From the NCBI GenBank assembly GCA_026415355.1, contig JAOAHF010000011.1, positions 3,519 to 67,518 of the forward strand: a stretch of 64,000 bases of DNA, in the 5' to 3' direction. The translations under genes and the position numbers were made by a program. The notes under the pieces are model-generated. The model did no database searches. It saw only the letters and a program-made list of their open reading frames with translations, and had not been told where the DNA came from. How positions within the stretch are numbered: the first letter of the stretch is position 1; each line of letters starts with the position of its first letter. Source of the stretch: Brevinematales bacterium. GTDB taxonomy: Bacteria; Spirochaetota; Brevinematia; DTOW01. Shown piece by piece: positions 31,236 to 41,988 of the stretch.

Positions 31236-32717
31236 ATGCAAGATAATCCTGAGTTAAATCAAGAAGAGTTTTTTCAAGGTAAACTTAGTTACCCATCAAA
31301 TCAAGACACTGATAATAGTGGTCTAAGTGAAGAATTTAAAACAACCTTAGATTCTTTGAAAGAAGAGATTGACACAGAACAACCCAAAGAAGAAGTAGTC
31401 CAAAAGAAAGAAACAAAAAAGGAATTACCGCCGAACATGACTGAAATCTACCTAGATGAACTAAAAGATAAATCAATAGATGAACTTATTGAAATGTTAG
31501 AAACGATATATGATTACAAATCTCCTTCTTACAGAAACAAACTTGATCTATTGTTTAAGATCGTAGATAACCATACTAAACTAGGTGGCACAGTATATGG
31601 CAGAGGAGTATTACAGATTTTGAATGACCAAAACCAAGGCTATGGTTTTTTAAGATCTGAGGAACACAACTATCTTTCAGGAGCAGGAGACATATATGTC
31701 TCTCAAACACAAATAAGATCTCTAGGGTTGAGAACAGGAGATGAGATATTCGGCACCATTAGAGCACCATTGAGAGATAATGAAAAATACTTCGGCCTTC
31801 TTAAAGTACTCAAAGTAAACGGTAAAGAATTCACTGGAAACTTACAAAAACGTCCTTCATTTGACAAGCTCACGCCAATGTTCCCAACAGAAAAATTCAA
31901 ACTTGAATATTCAAAAAATGATATAGATACAAGAATAATCGACATCTTCATACCAATAGGTAAAGGACAAAGAGGTATAATAGTATCACAACCTAAAGCA
32001 GGTAAAACAACCATCCTAAAAAAAATTGCAACAGCAATAAGAAAGAATCATCCTGATGTGATAATATTTGTGCTACTCATAGACGAGAGACCAGAAGAAG
32101 TAACAGATTGGAAACGATCACTCAAAGGGGTACAAGTAATAAGTTCTACGTTTGACGAAGAGCCATATAGACATGGAATAGTAGCAGAAATGGTACTAGA
32201 AAGAGCAAAGAGATTAGTTGAAGAAGGTAATGACGTAGTGATACTACTAGATAGTTTAACTAGACTAACAAGAGCATACAACTTAATAACTCCACCATCA
32301 GGTAGAGTAATGTCAGGAGGTATCGAAGTAGGAGCTTTTTATAAACCAAAACACTTTTTCGGTTCTGCCAGGAAAATTGAAGAAGGTGGTAGCCTAACTA
32401 TAATAGCAAGCGCATTAATCGATACAGGAAGCAAAATGGATGAAGTCATTTACGAAGAGTTTAAAGGCACAGGTAATATGGAAATCCATCTAGATAGAAC
32501 ACTAGCAAACAAGAGAATATTCCCAGCTATTGATCTAAAATTATCAGGAACTAGGAGAGAGGAATTGCTACTTCCCGAAGATACTCTACACAAAATGTGG
32601 CTACTCAGAAGAGCATTAAATGACTACTCTAACGAAGAAATAATACAAAAATTATGTGAAGTCCTAAGTAAAACTAAAAACAATGAAGAATTTCTAAACA
32701 ACCTCCAACAGTTCTAA
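31236..32717 (+). CDS. rho: Transcription termination factor Rho (acidic N-terminal extension)
   Basis: [48 protein letters not shown]. Confidence 0.97.
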   Translation: MQDNPELNQEEFFQGKLSYPSNQDTDNSGLSEEFKTTLDSLKEEIDTEQPKEEVVQKKETKKELPPNMTEIYLDELKDKSIDELIEMLETIYDYKSPSYRNKLDLLFKIVDNHTKLGGTVYGRGVLQILNDQNQGYGFLRSEEHNYLSGAGDIYVSQTQIRSLGLRTGDEIFGTIRAPLRDNEKYFGLLKVLKVNGKEFTGNLQKRPSFDKLTPMFPTEKFKLEYSKNDIDTRIIDIFIPIGKGQRGIIVSQPKAGKTTILKKIATAIRKNHPDVIIFVLLIDERPEEVTDWKRSLKGVQVISSTFDEEPYRHGIVAEMVLERAKRLVEEGNDVVILLDSLTRLTRAYNLITPPSGRVMSGGIEVGAFYKPKHFFGSARKIEEGGSLTIIASALIDTGSKMDEVIYEEFKGTGNMEIHLDRTLANKRIFPAIDLKLSGTRREELLLPEDTLHKMWLLRRALNDYSNEEIIQKLCEVLSKTKNNEEFLNNLQQF

Positions 32718-32725
32718 GGTGGTTT

Positions 32726-33670
32726 ATGGATATTACCAAATACAAGGTGATGGTACCTGGTAGTAGTGCTAACATTGGAAGCGGTTTTGATGTATTTGGT
32801 ATTTCTGTAAGTATATATGGTTACTTTTCATTCCAAGACAAGCATGAGATAACTTACATAGGTAAAGATAGTATTGACACAGATCTAGCAAAAAATACAG
32901 TTTTTACTTCATTTTCAAAAGTTTTAAAAGAGTTTAACCAAAGTACTCCAAATTTAGGTATATGGATTAAAAATCATATTCCTATAAAGAGAGGATTAGG
33001 TAGTAGCTCAGTAGCAATAATCGGTGGTCTCTCTCTTGGTTATGTATATCTTAAACATCAAAACTTATTACCAGATGATTTACACGACTTCAACACATTC
33101 AGAGAAAAAATAATATTACCCCTCGGTGTTGAAATTGAAGGGCACCCGGACAATATAACTCCTTCAACAGTTGGTGGATTTACAATATCAGGTCTAGATG
33201 GTAAACTTAAATATCAAAAACTCAACGTTCCAAAGAACTTACATTTTGTATTTGTAATACCAGAATTTGATGTTTCAACACAATCTGCAAGAAATGTACT
33301 ACCATTAAACTACAAAAGAGAAGATGTTATATTCAACATAAGGTCCTCAGTTAGCTTGGTTTTGGGAATAGTCAACAACGACAGAGAACTGATATCTCTA
33401 GGATTAAGAGATAAAATACATCAACCCTACAGAGCAAATCTCTACCAAGGTTTTGAAAACCTTTTAAACTTAAAACCAACAGATGTATCCGAAAACTTCA
33501 TAGGTAGTTTTGTATCAGGCAGCGGTCCTACAATATGCTGTGTATTTCACACTCAGCCTAGTTTCAACGATATACAAAAGATAAGAAATATCTTAAATCA
33601 AAATACTAATCATTCATACGATATACAAATACTTTCTGTTGACAACATAGGTACAAGAATTATTATTTAA
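32726..33670 (+). CDS. thrB: Homoserine kinase
   Basis: PGSSANIGSGFD, PIKRGLGSSS, EGHPDN, HQPYR, SGSGPT. Confidence 0.93.
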   Translation: MDITKYKVMVPGSSANIGSGFDVFGISVSIYGYFSFQDKHEITYIGKDSIDTDLAKNTVFTSFSKVLKEFNQSTPNLGIWIKNHIPIKRGLGSSSVAIIGGLSLGYVYLKHQNLLPDDLHDFNTFREKIILPLGVEIEGHPDNITPSTVGGFTISGLDGKLKYQKLNVPKNLHFVFVIPEFDVSTQSARNVLPLNYKREDVIFNIRSSVSLVLGIVNNDRELISLGLRDKIHQPYRANLYQGFENLLNLKPTDVSENFIGSFVSGSGPTICCVFHTQPSFNDIQKIRNILNQNTNHSYDIQILSVDNIGTRIII

Positions 33671-33720
33671 GAATACCAAAAGTTTTATAAATCTAAATAT
33701 CTTATGTATAATTCATAATC

Positions 33721-34170
33721 ATGATAAAGGTTAATATAATCAACAACTACGGAAGCCTTAGGAGTTTTCTCAAACTCAAGCATGTAAAAGAGATATCCAC
33801 TTTTGTCCTCAGAGAACTCAGTAAAAACAAAGTTGAAATTACAATTTTACTATGCAAGAATGAAGAGATAAAAGAATATAACTCCAAATATAGACAAAAA
33901 GACTATCCAACAGATGTTTTATCTTTTCCATACGGTGAAAAAATAGGTAGATATACATATTTAGGTGACATCATAATTTCTATAGACAAAGTGCATGAAC
34001 AAAGTAAGGAATTCGAAGTTTCAGAATTTGAGGAGTTTTTGAGACTTTTGGTCCATGGTATACTACATCTTCTAGGATACGATCACGAAACTTCAGAAGA
34101 AGACGAAAAAATCATGATGGAACTACAAGATAACCTCATAGCGAAAATCATGGACAAGTATAATTCTTGA
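33721..34170 (+). CDS. ybeY: rRNA maturation RNase YbeY
   Basis: PTDVLSF, LGDIII, HGILHLLGYDH. Confidence 0.95.
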   Translation: MIKVNIINNYGSLRSFLKLKHVKEISTFVLRELSKNKVEITILLCKNEEIKEYNSKYRQKDYPTDVLSFPYGEKIGRYTYLGDIIISIDKVHEQSKEFEVSEFEEFLRLLVHGILHLLGYDHETSEEDEKIMMELQDNLIAKIMDKYNS

Positions 34171-34249
34171 AATCATACTGCATTCACAAACATCTCATAG
34201 AATTATGTGAAAGTATTCAAATCATCATGTCAAAAATATCAGAATACTG

Positions 34250-35662
34250 TTAGTATGCTCCTCTAGTTTTGAATACTGCAGGAATAGTTTTTAGGATTAT
34301 CACTATATCAAGCCAAAAAGACCAATTCTCAATGTACCAAATATCAGTTCTAACTCTAAAGTTATAATCCGTTTCGTTTCTACCAGAAACTTGCCACAAA
34401 CCTGTTATTCCTGGCCTAACCGCATAGTAATAAAACTTAGCTTCATCCTTGTAGTACTTTTCAATCTCTTCTTTTGTTATAGCTCTAGGACCTACTACAC
34501 TCATATCACCTAAGAGAACATTTATAAATTGCGGTATCTCATCAATGCTTAGTTTTCTTATTATCTTACCTATTCTTGTAATTCTAGGATCATCTTTCAG
34601 TTTGCGGTATTTTTCCCATTCTTCTCTCTTTAGTAGGTCATTTTGAAGTATTTCTTTTAGCCTAAGATCTGCATCCTTGTACATACTTCTAAGTTTGTAA
34701 CAATAAAACTCCTTACCCCCCATTTTAACTCTTCTTGACTTGTATATAGGAGCACCAGGCGATTCAAGTACTATTAAAACAGAAAATATAGCAATAATAG
34801 GTAAAGAAGCAACTAAAGCAAGAATACTGAAAACAATATCAAAAGTCCTCTTCAAAAATCTATTAGCAGGTGTTAGAAGATTATTTCTAAGAGATATGAA
34901 GGGTACGTTTTGATCTATAACAAACAACATCTCACTATTAAGCAATGGCATACTCGAAATATTTGGAACAACCATAGTCCTTCTAACTGATGAATGTATA
35001 TGAGATATAAGTTTTGAAAAGAAGTCTTCAGGAGCATTCTCCAAGTATATTAGTGCTAAGTCTATATTGGATTTAGATATTTTCTGTTTTATCCTATTAA
35101 GTGTATCTAACGAATAATCTTTTATGATTATTATCTGTCTTATATTCATAAGCAATGACTTATTTTTTCTAGCAACATCATATAAAGTCGTTTTGTATTT
35201 TACTGAATCCGTTATAAGTGATGTCCTAAAAGTTAAATAAGACGTTTTGTAGATTATGTACTTCAATATACCCCTCAAAGTAATCACAATAGGTATGTAA
35301 AAAATTGATGTTATCAGAACCAAAAATCTAGCATCAAGATCATACCACTTTGAGATATAAGAAATAGACATTACCATTACCAAACTTATTATCGCAACAC
35401 TAGTTATCCTTTTTGTTTCCTCCCAAAAGGATACAGATAAAGTGTATAACCTTTGAACTACAGAAACTGATAAAAATACTATCCATATCCAAGAAGGATA
35501 GAATGGCCCTAGAATAGGTGGCAAGTTATCAGGAACAGTATACGGAGTATATGCTAGAAGTAATAACCTAATCCACAAACCTATATAATTAGCCAAATAT
35601 ATCGCTAGCAAATCAGTTAGAAGTAGAATAACAAATCTTAGAATGCTCTTTATTTGAAACAT
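34250..35662 (-). CDS. Undecaprenyl-phosphate sugar phosphotransferase (WbaP/WcaJ family)
   Basis: KRTFDI, YKLRSM, DDPRITRIG, DEIPQF, GDMSVVGPR, RPGITGLWQVSGRN. ATG 35662 is preferred. Confidence 0.92.
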   Translation of the reverse strand: MFQIKSILRFVILLLTDLLAIYLANYIGLWIRLLLLAYTPYTVPDNLPPILGPFYPSWIWIVFLSVSVVQRLYTLSVSFWEETKRITSVAIISLVMVMSISYISKWYDLDARFLVLITSIFYIPIVITLRGILKYIIYKTSYLTFRTSLITDSVKYKTTLYDVARKNKSLLMNIRQIIIIKDYSLDTLNRIKQKISKSNIDLALIYLENAPEDFFSKLISHIHSSVRRTMVVPNISSMPLLNSEMLFVIDQNVPFISLRNNLLTPANRFLKRTFDIVFSILALVASLPIIAIFSVLIVLESPGAPIYKSRRVKMGGKEFYCYKLRSMYKDADLRLKEILQNDLLKREEWEKYRKLKDDPRITRIGKIIRKLSIDEIPQFINVLLGDMSVVGPRAITKEEIEKYYKDEAKFYYYAVRPGITGLWQVSGRNETDYNFRVRTDIWYIENWSFWLDIVIILKTIPAVFKTRGAY

Positions 35663-35804
35663 AGATTTTAATTTTAAAAATAAAAGCACATACCTTACAA
35701 AACATTGAGTATTCGTTAACAGATCCTAAATCAAACAAATAACTACATAGAATAAATATTTCTTCTATTAATATGAAGTTTAATGGATACAAAACAAGTT
35801 TAAC

Positions 35805-35834
35805 TTGCCAGATTTCGATGAATTATTGTATAAT
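35805..35834 (+). promoter_or_regulatory. Sigma70 promoter of tRNA operon
   Basis: TTGCCA-N18-TATAAT, 10 nt before the first tRNA. Confidence 0.75.
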
Positions 35835-35844
35835 TGTTATGGTA

Positions 35845-35918
35845 GCGCCTGTAGCTCAACAGGATAGAGCGGTGGACTTCGAATCCAAAGGTTGCGGGTT
35901 CAAGTCCCGCCAGGCGCG
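35845..35918 (+). tRNA. tRNA-Arg(UCG)
   Basis: GCGCCTG/CAGGCGC acceptor stem, anticodon loop CT-TCG-AA, GGTTCAAGTCC T-arm; CCA not encoded. Confidence 0.95.
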
Positions 35919-35929
35919 AGGGAGTAGAT

Positions 35930-36002
<73 letters not shown>

Positions 36003-36006
36003 AGAA

Positions 36007-36088
36007 GGGCAGATGGCGGAATTGGCAGACGCGCTAGACTTAGGATCTAGTGGGGTAACCCGTGGGGGTTCAAGTCCCCCTCTGCCCA
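36007..36088 (+). tRNA. tRNA-Leu(UAG)
   Basis: GGGCAGA/TCTGCCC acceptor, CTAGA-CT-TAG-GA-TCTAG anticodon arm, long variable arm. Confidence 0.96.
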
Positions 36089-36098
36089 ATGCTTGCTA

Positions 36099-36956
36099 CT
36101 ATCTACACTTCGAATTCCTCCTGTAATTTGCTAGCTCGTAAGTATTCTCAATAAGCATAGCTCTGGTCATAGGTCCAACTCCTCCAGGGACAGGTGTTAT
36201 ATATCCACAAACTTCCTTCACATCTTCAAAATCAACATCACCAACTAGCTTTGAATTCCCATCAACTTCAATTCTATTTATACCAACATCAATAATTACA
36301 CTACCTTCCTTTATCATATTTTTCTTAATAAACCATGGTCTACCAACTGCAACAACTAAAATATCTGCTTGTCTTGTAATATCTTCTATATTACTAGTTT
36401 TTGAATGACAAATTGTTACAGTCGAATTTCTATGCATCAACATAATGGAAGTAGGTTTACCAACTATATTACTCCTACCTATGACAACAGACCTCTTACC
36501 TTCAATACCAATGTTGTAGTACTCAAGAAGTCTTATTATACCTTTAGGAGTACAAGGCTCTACAAAGGGTTTACCAATCAAAAGTTTGCCAACATTCTCA
36601 GGATGAAACCCATCCACATCTTTGAGAGGAGATACCGTAGACAAAACTCTATATTCGTCTATATGTTTAGGCAAAGGTAGTTGAACTAAAATACCATCAA
36701 CCTCATCATCCTTATTCAGCTCCTCTATAAGACTTATGAGCTTATTCTCAGAAGTATCTGAAGGCAATAAAAAATCCTTTGTTGCTATTCCCACTTCGTT
36801 ACATTCTTTAGTTTTCATTGAGACATAAACTTTTGAACTAGGATTATCACCAACAAGTATTACAGCTAATGTTACTTTAAGCCCCTTAGAAGATATAAGA
36901 GCTTTAACTCTTTCTTTGTAAATACTAGATACTAATTTACCATCAATTATTTTCAT
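36099..36956 (-). CDS. folD: Bifunctional methylenetetrahydrofolate dehydrogenase/cyclohydrolase
   Basis: GILVQLPLP, KDVDGFHP, PCTP, GRSNIVGKP, TPVPGGVGPMT. Confidence 0.97.
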   Translation of the reverse strand: MKIIDGKLVSSIYKERVKALISSKGLKVTLAVILVGDNPSSKVYVSMKTKECNEVGIATKDFLLPSDTSENKLISLIEELNKDDEVDGILVQLPLPKHIDEYRVLSTVSPLKDVDGFHPENVGKLLIGKPFVEPCTPKGIIRLLEYYNIGIEGKRSVVIGRSNIVGKPTSIMLMHRNSTVTICHSKTSNIEDITRQADILVVAVGRPWFIKKNMIKEGSVIIDVGINRIEVDGNSKLVGDVDFEDVKEVCGYITPVPGGVGPMTRAMLIENTYELANYRRNSKCR

Positions 36957-36975
36957 AAGTGAAAAAAAATTTAAC

Positions 36976-37218
36976 TTATACCTTATACTTAGCCATTTCT
37001 TGCTGTTTTCTCTTTTTTCTCTCTTCTCTTTTTGTATAATCTATGTAATTTATTCCTTTGTACTTACCTGTAGTTATGCTAGCTCTGTGTGGAAGTTTCC
37101 AATCACCATCCTCAGATTTTACCAATACTTCTTCAGGAAATCCTAAAGTATGATAAAAAACTCTAGTCCTTCTATTCCTTATTCTTCTGTGGGACTTCTT
37201 ATGCTTCGGAACACCCAT
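36976..37218 (-). CDS. rpmF: 50S ribosomal protein bL32 (Cys-less, C-terminal extension)
   Basis: MGVPKHKKSHRRIRNRR, KLPHRA...GKYKG; AGGAG SD. Confidence 0.85.
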   Translation of the reverse strand: MGVPKHKKSHRRIRNRRTRVFYHTLGFPEEVLVKSEDGDWKLPHRASITTGKYKGINYIDYTKREERKKRKQQEMAKYKV

Positions 37219-37232
37219 AAAAAACTCCTATG

Positions 37233-37304
37233 CGCCCCCAAGGGGAATCGAACCCCTGCTACGGGATTGAAAGCCCCGTGTCCTAACCACTAGACGATGG
37301 GGGC
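37233..37304 (-). tRNA. tRNA-Glu(UUC)
   Basis: Reverse complement: GCCCCCA...CGGGG-CT-TTC-AA-TCCCG...GGTTCGATTCC...TGGGGGC. Confidence 0.95.
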
Positions 37305-37671
37305 ATCAAAGTAATGATAATTTTATACCAAAATACAAACTTATTTCAAATTCAATTAACTAAATCAAAAAAACTTCTCTACTTTCCAAAATCTTTCACT
37401 ATCATAATCTCATCTACTAATTACTAATTAACATTACTGAGATTTTTACTTCACCCTTCTACTATTGCTCAAATTTTAACCATCTTTTCTTTACATACCC
37501 TAACATTTAATCACCTAACATCGTTTTCCATCACATCATACTTTATTAATATCCTTAATTGTTATGCTAACTACTAAATAAGACACTAGAAACTAATCCA
37601 GCCATCTCCGTAATAAACCTGAATAAAATTTCAATAGACTATTCAATAAAGAACTTTTATTTTTTTTGTTT

Positions 37672-38328
37672 TCACTTTATCTTGAGTATAACCTGTAACC
37701 TAAAGGAGTAATTAAGTCCTTTTTCCAAACAAAATGGAATTATAAACTTTGATCTTTCAACTAATTCTTCTGCTGTTGTACCCTGAGGCATAAGAAAAAC
37801 TCTATGTTTTGGAAGGCCGTAATTATCTATTATGTTTTCTACAAAACTAAGATCATATTCATCTGACACAACAAACTTGAATATTGAATTCATCTTAACG
37901 AAATACCTAAGATTTTCGAAAATACTTTTGTAAATCTTATCACCTCTTGATAACTTTGAACTTGGAAGTTTAGGAGAAACATTAAACTTATACTTCTCCA
38001 AGCTACTTTTTGGAATATATATACCAGAAGTTTCAAATTCAATTTCCTTGAAGTAAGACAATTTGAGTATTTCATCTATCTCATCCTGATAGTAGAGTGG
38101 TTCACCACCTGTAAATACAATAATACCTCCTTTACTTTTTGAGAAATTTGTTATAACCCTTGAAATTTCGTCCACCGATTTTTCTATTCCTCCTTCAAAA
38201 GGCACAGAATATTTTGTATCACACCAAACGCAGTCAAGAGGACATCCTTGAAGTCTAATAAATAGTGCCAGTCTTCCAGATGTATCTCCTTCACCCTGTA
38301 TAGACTCAAATATCTCAGATACTCTCAT
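37672..38328 (-). CDS. queE: 7-carboxy-7-deazaguanine synthase (radical SAM)
   Basis: EIFESIQGEG, FIRLQGCPLDCVWCDT, TGGEP, ETSG, VSPKL. Confidence 0.9.
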   Translation of the reverse strand: MRVSEIFESIQGEGDTSGRLALFIRLQGCPLDCVWCDTKYSVPFEGGIEKSVDEISRVITNFSKSKGGIIVFTGGEPLYYQDEIDEILKLSYFKEIEFETSGIYIPKSSLEKYKFNVSPKLPSSKLSRGDKIYKSIFENLRYFVKMNSIFKFVVSDEYDLSFVENIIDNYGLPKHRVFLMPQGTTAEELVERSKFIIPFCLEKGLNYSFRLQVILKIK

Positions 38329-39338
38329 TCTAGATACTGTATTTTTACTAATACTCCCTTTACACTTTCAACAACTTCAAATACAATATATGAAGGACCT
38401 TCTCCATCAAGTTTGATATCTCTATCTGAAAATCTGACATTCAAATTTTTCACATCGGATGTCTTCAACACCAACTTATTTCTAACAGCAAGCTTTCTAG
38501 AATTATCCTTACCAAGGTAAAATTGATTTTCTTCAGAGTTATCAATTATTAAAGAAACCCAAACAACCTCATCTGATGATATTTCAAAATCAACAGGCAC
38601 TCTTCCACCTTCTAAGAATACATTCTCCTCTTTTGATGTTTTTTCCTGTGACTTGTAAAACGATATTCTAAGTCTAGGTTTTTTATCGATAAACGCTTCG
38701 TATCGCATCTCAAGATCAACTATACCATCCATGTTGAAATCCATCATTGATCTATTCTTTAGAACAAAAGAATATATAGAGTCATTTATACTCAACACTA
38801 TATCGTTACCATTATTCCTAACCTCAAGAAGCTTAATCTTTACACTTGTATTACCAACTTTATCTCTAAACTCTTCTCCTTCACTAAATGATTTTAATAT
38901 AGTTTTTACATTGCTATTATCAACCAAAACTTCATAACCTTTGGATATAATCAAGTTGACAATCAAGACAATTAAAACTAAAACTATAAATACTCCAATG
39001 GATATCCAACCCAACTTTCTAAAGTCTATCCTATCAAATATACTAGCTTTACCTATTAGTTGCTCTAAAGGTATTTCTTTTTCTTCTATTTGTTTTCTCT
39101 CATAAAGCCTAAGAGCATACTCAGGATCACCACCTAGAAAAGAAGCGTAAGACTTTATGTAACCCTTTATATAAACTTCTCCAGGGAAATCTGAAAAGTT
39201 ATCTTTCTCAATACCCTCTATATACTTTCTAGGTATATTAGTATTTCTTACTACTTCTTCTATTGATATGCTCCTAGTAAGCCTTAAATCTTTTAAATAT
39301 TTACCTACACTCTCCATAAAAAATACGCTAAATTCCAA
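38325..39338 (-). CDS. rodZ: RodZ-like helix-turn-helix membrane protein
   Basis: VGKYLKDLR..IEGIE..FPGEVYIKGYIKSYASFLG, one TM, C-terminal beta domain. Start may be ATG 39317. Confidence 0.75.
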   Translation of the reverse strand: MEFSVFFMESVGKYLKDLRLTRSISIEEVVRNTNIPRKYIEGIEKDNFSDFPGEVYIKGYIKSYASFLGGDPEYALRLYERKQIEEKEIPLEQLIGKASIFDRIDFRKLGWISIGVFIVLVLIVLIVNLIISKGYEVLVDNSNVKTILKSFSEGEEFRDKVGNTSVKIKLLEVRNNGNDIVLSINDSIYSFVLKNRSMMDFNMDGIVDLEMRYEAFIDKKPRLRISFYKSQEKTSKEENVFLEGGRVPVDFEISSDEVVWVSLIIDNSEENQFYLGKDNSRKLAVRNKLVLKTSDVKNLNVRFSDRDIKLDGEGPSYIVFEVVESVKGVLVKIQYLE

Positions 39339-39389
39339 ACAAAATTATAGATGTATATAAGAAATCCTTTCAACTGAAATTTCAACACA

Positions 39390-40325
39390 TCAAATATAAT
39401 ACTTTTCAAGAACTAAACTTTTCATGAAGAATAAGTTTTCTTTAAATGTATACTCTTTAATAACCAAATCAACAAATGTTTTAATCAATGCATAAACCAA
39501 ATAAAAAGGCTTAAACAGTAAATAGTAAAATAAAAAATTCTTTCTCAAGTACCTCAGAAATGATACTACTTTCATAGATCTCTTGAGATTTGACACCTTA
39601 AAACTTTTACTCTCCAAGTGTATAATCTTTGTAAATTTTATTATTCCAATCTTTAGTCCAAGTCTTTTAACTCTGATCTGTAGATCTGCTTCTTCAAAGT
39701 ACATAAAAAACTGTTCATCAAAGCCACCAATATTTTCGAATAGACTCCTACCAATAAACAAATCAGCCCCAATTACATAATCAACCTCCTTAACATCTTC
39801 ACTGCCAAAAAACGACGATACAAAATCATCATACTTTTTGTTACTTGAAAAATTATTCTTTAAACTCTTAGGTAAAAATGGTTTTAAGATATAATCCTTT
39901 ATACCTAATTTGAACGGCAAAAAATCTCCCCAAGACTGAACAACATGATTCTCTTTATCAATAAGTAATACACCTATAACTCCATAATCATCATTACTCT
40001 CCATAAAATCGAACATAACTTTTATAGAATTCTCCAATAGTATTGTATCAGTATTTAGAAAAAGCAAATACTTACCTTTTGCATACTTTACTCCTAAATT
40101 ACACCCTCCTGCAAACCCCAAGTTTTTTTGACTCTTTACAACTTTTACATTATCAAACCTTTTCTCAATTTCATCAGCACTACCGTCAATAGAATTGTTA
40201 TCAACAACTATTATTTCATAACTAATACCACTTGTATGCTCAATCACTGATGAAATACATTCAATTGTAATATCTCTAGTATTGTAATTAACTAATATTA
40301 TACTTACATCAAACCTATTATCCAT
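39390..40325 (-). CDS. Glycosyltransferase family 2 (WbbL-like)
   Basis: VSIILVNYN, VVDNNSIDGS, NLGFAGGCN, FLNTD, GGFDEQFFMYFEEAD. Confidence 0.92.
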   Translation of the reverse strand: MDNRFDVSIILVNYNTRDITIECISSVIEHTSGISYEIIVVDNNSIDGSADEIEKRFDNVKVVKSQKNLGFAGGCNLGVKYAKGKYLLFLNTDTILLENSIKVMFDFMESNDDYGVIGVLLIDKENHVVQSWGDFLPFKLGIKDYILKPFLPKSLKNNFSSNKKYDDFVSSFFGSEDVKEVDYVIGADLFIGRSLFENIGGFDEQFFMYFEEADLQIRVKRLGLKIGIIKFTKIIHLESKSFKVSNLKRSMKVVSFLRYLRKNFLFYYLLFKPFYLVYALIKTFVDLVIKEYTFKENLFFMKSLVLEKYYI

Positions 40326-40586
40326 ACTTCTACCTCCAAAGCAACCTTTAAGAAACCTGCTTTATATAAACAATCTTTATAATAAGTATCAAGATAACCC
40401 CACATCAACAAAATAGAGACTGATCTTTAAAAAAGCCTAAAATCAAGCTAAACATTTAGAAAATTATGGATATAATTTTGTCAACCTAATCAACATAATA
40501 CCAATCTTATTTAAATTCTCAAAGGAATATAACCAACTAAAAACTTAAGTTTGAAAAAATACAAACAAGACATATATTCTTTGAGT

Positions 40587-41138
40587 ATGGAAAACAGAAT
40601 AATAATATCAGGTTTTGGTGGACAAGGAGTTTTATCCGCTGGAATGATACTGTCATATGGAGCAATATCAGCAGGCAAATATCCTACATTTTTTCCATCT
40701 TACGGTGCTGAGCAAAGAGGTGGAACATCAAACTGCACAGTAATAATAGACGATCACGAAGTAGCATCACCTGTAACACATTCGCCTAACATTGTAGTTT
40801 GTTTCAATCAACCATCCGTCTTAAAGTTTGAGTCTTGGGTTGAAAAAAGCGGAATACTACTTTACAACTCATCGTTAGTCAACATACCTCCCAAAAGAAC
40901 AGATATAAAAATATACCACATAGATGCAAACACAATAGCATTTGATCTTGGAGATACCAGATTTGTCAACATGGTAATGCTTGGAGCCTTAATAGCTATA
41001 ACACAATTATACGATCTCAATCATTTACTACTAGGCATAGAAAGATTCTTCTCCGAAAAAGGAAAATCAAAAATAGTCAAACCTAATCAAGACGCCGCAG
41101 AATTTGGATACAATTACTTTATATCAATACTCAAATAA
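40587..41138 (+). CDS. 2-oxoacid:ferredoxin oxidoreductase gamma subunit
   Basis: GFGGQG, PSYGAEQRGG, NMVMLGA; preceded by TTGAAA-N18-TATTCT, 6 nt, ATG. Confidence 0.9.
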   Translation: MENRIIISGFGGQGVLSAGMILSYGAISAGKYPTFFPSYGAEQRGGTSNCTVIIDDHEVASPVTHSPNIVVCFNQPSVLKFESWVEKSGILLYNSSLVNIPPKRTDIKIYHIDANTIAFDLGDTRFVNMVMLGALIAITQLYDLNHLLLGIERFFSEKGKSKIVKPNQDAAEFGYNYFISILK

Positions 41139-41280
41139 TAATACAATATTGTAACCTCTATATAACTACAACATAACTAACAGAAATAAAGCTTAAATAA
41201 GATCGTAATCTTTTAACGATAAAAAAGAATTGGTAATCTAAAAGAGTTTTTTACATTTCAAATTAATCGAAACAAGTCCC

Positions 41281-41988
41281 TTAATCTAAGTGTGTTAATA
41301 TAAAACCTATATATTTTGTTTTTCTAAGATAGTCTTCAAAAATTTCCCTCTTTACTCTACCACCTCTGTTTTTTGTTCCGCTTGCATGGATTATATAGAT
41401 TTGATTAGAACTTTTTTCAATTATCCCCAAGTGCCCTACAATTTCCCCTTTCACACTTGTCTCTGGATGCTTAACTAAAAATACAATACTACCGTTTCTG
41501 ATAAAGCGCCTTATAGAGGAATAGTTTGATTTAGGTATAAAATATATATAATCTTCAAGCCTTCCTGAATAAACTTTTTCAAGCATACTAGAATGCACTT
41601 TAATAACTTTTCCCCACTTACCACTTAATATCATATCCTCTCCATATTCAAATCTATCCTCATAATTCAAAACATATCCGTTTTGTAATACACCTCTCGT
41701 CTTAAATCTCTTATCAAGAGCAATTTGTATCGCATTGCTTTCATCCCCATCAGCCAAAGCAAGTTCAACTACTCTAAATGTTAAATACATACAATCAACC
41801 TTATCATCAACAACAATCTTCTTTTCCTTAACATAGGTACCAAGAGGATCTATATCATAAGGTGTCCCTAAAAATCTTTTCGCATAGTACACAATCTTAT
41901 CACCTAATTCCAATGAATGGCTTATCGTTGAAAGAAATAAAAAATATGATAGAGTAAATATCACAAACCAATCAACCTTTCTAACCAT
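41281..41988 (-). CDS. DUF1460/NlpC-P60-like peptidoglycan amidase
   Basis: Signal peptide, FLGTPY..PLG, VDCMY, GHLGII, IHAS. Confidence 0.7.
   Translation of the reverse strand: MVRKVDWFVIFTLSYFLFLSTISHSLELGDKIVYYAKRFLGTPYDIDPLGTYVKEKKIVVDDKVDCMYLTFRVVELALADGDESNAIQIALDKRFKTRGVLQNGYVLNYEDRFEYGEDMILSGKWGKVIKVHSSMLEKVYSGRLEDYIYFIPKSNYSSIRRFIRNGSIVFLVKHPETSVKGEIVGHLGIIEKSSNQIYIIHASGTKNRGGRVKREIFEDYLRKTKYIGFILTHLD

Noticed and set aside
37672-38328. queE as part of a 7-deazaguanine DNA-modification (dpd) defence system
   Set aside because: No dpdA/tgt-like or other dpd genes nearby; ordinary queuosine synthesis explains it
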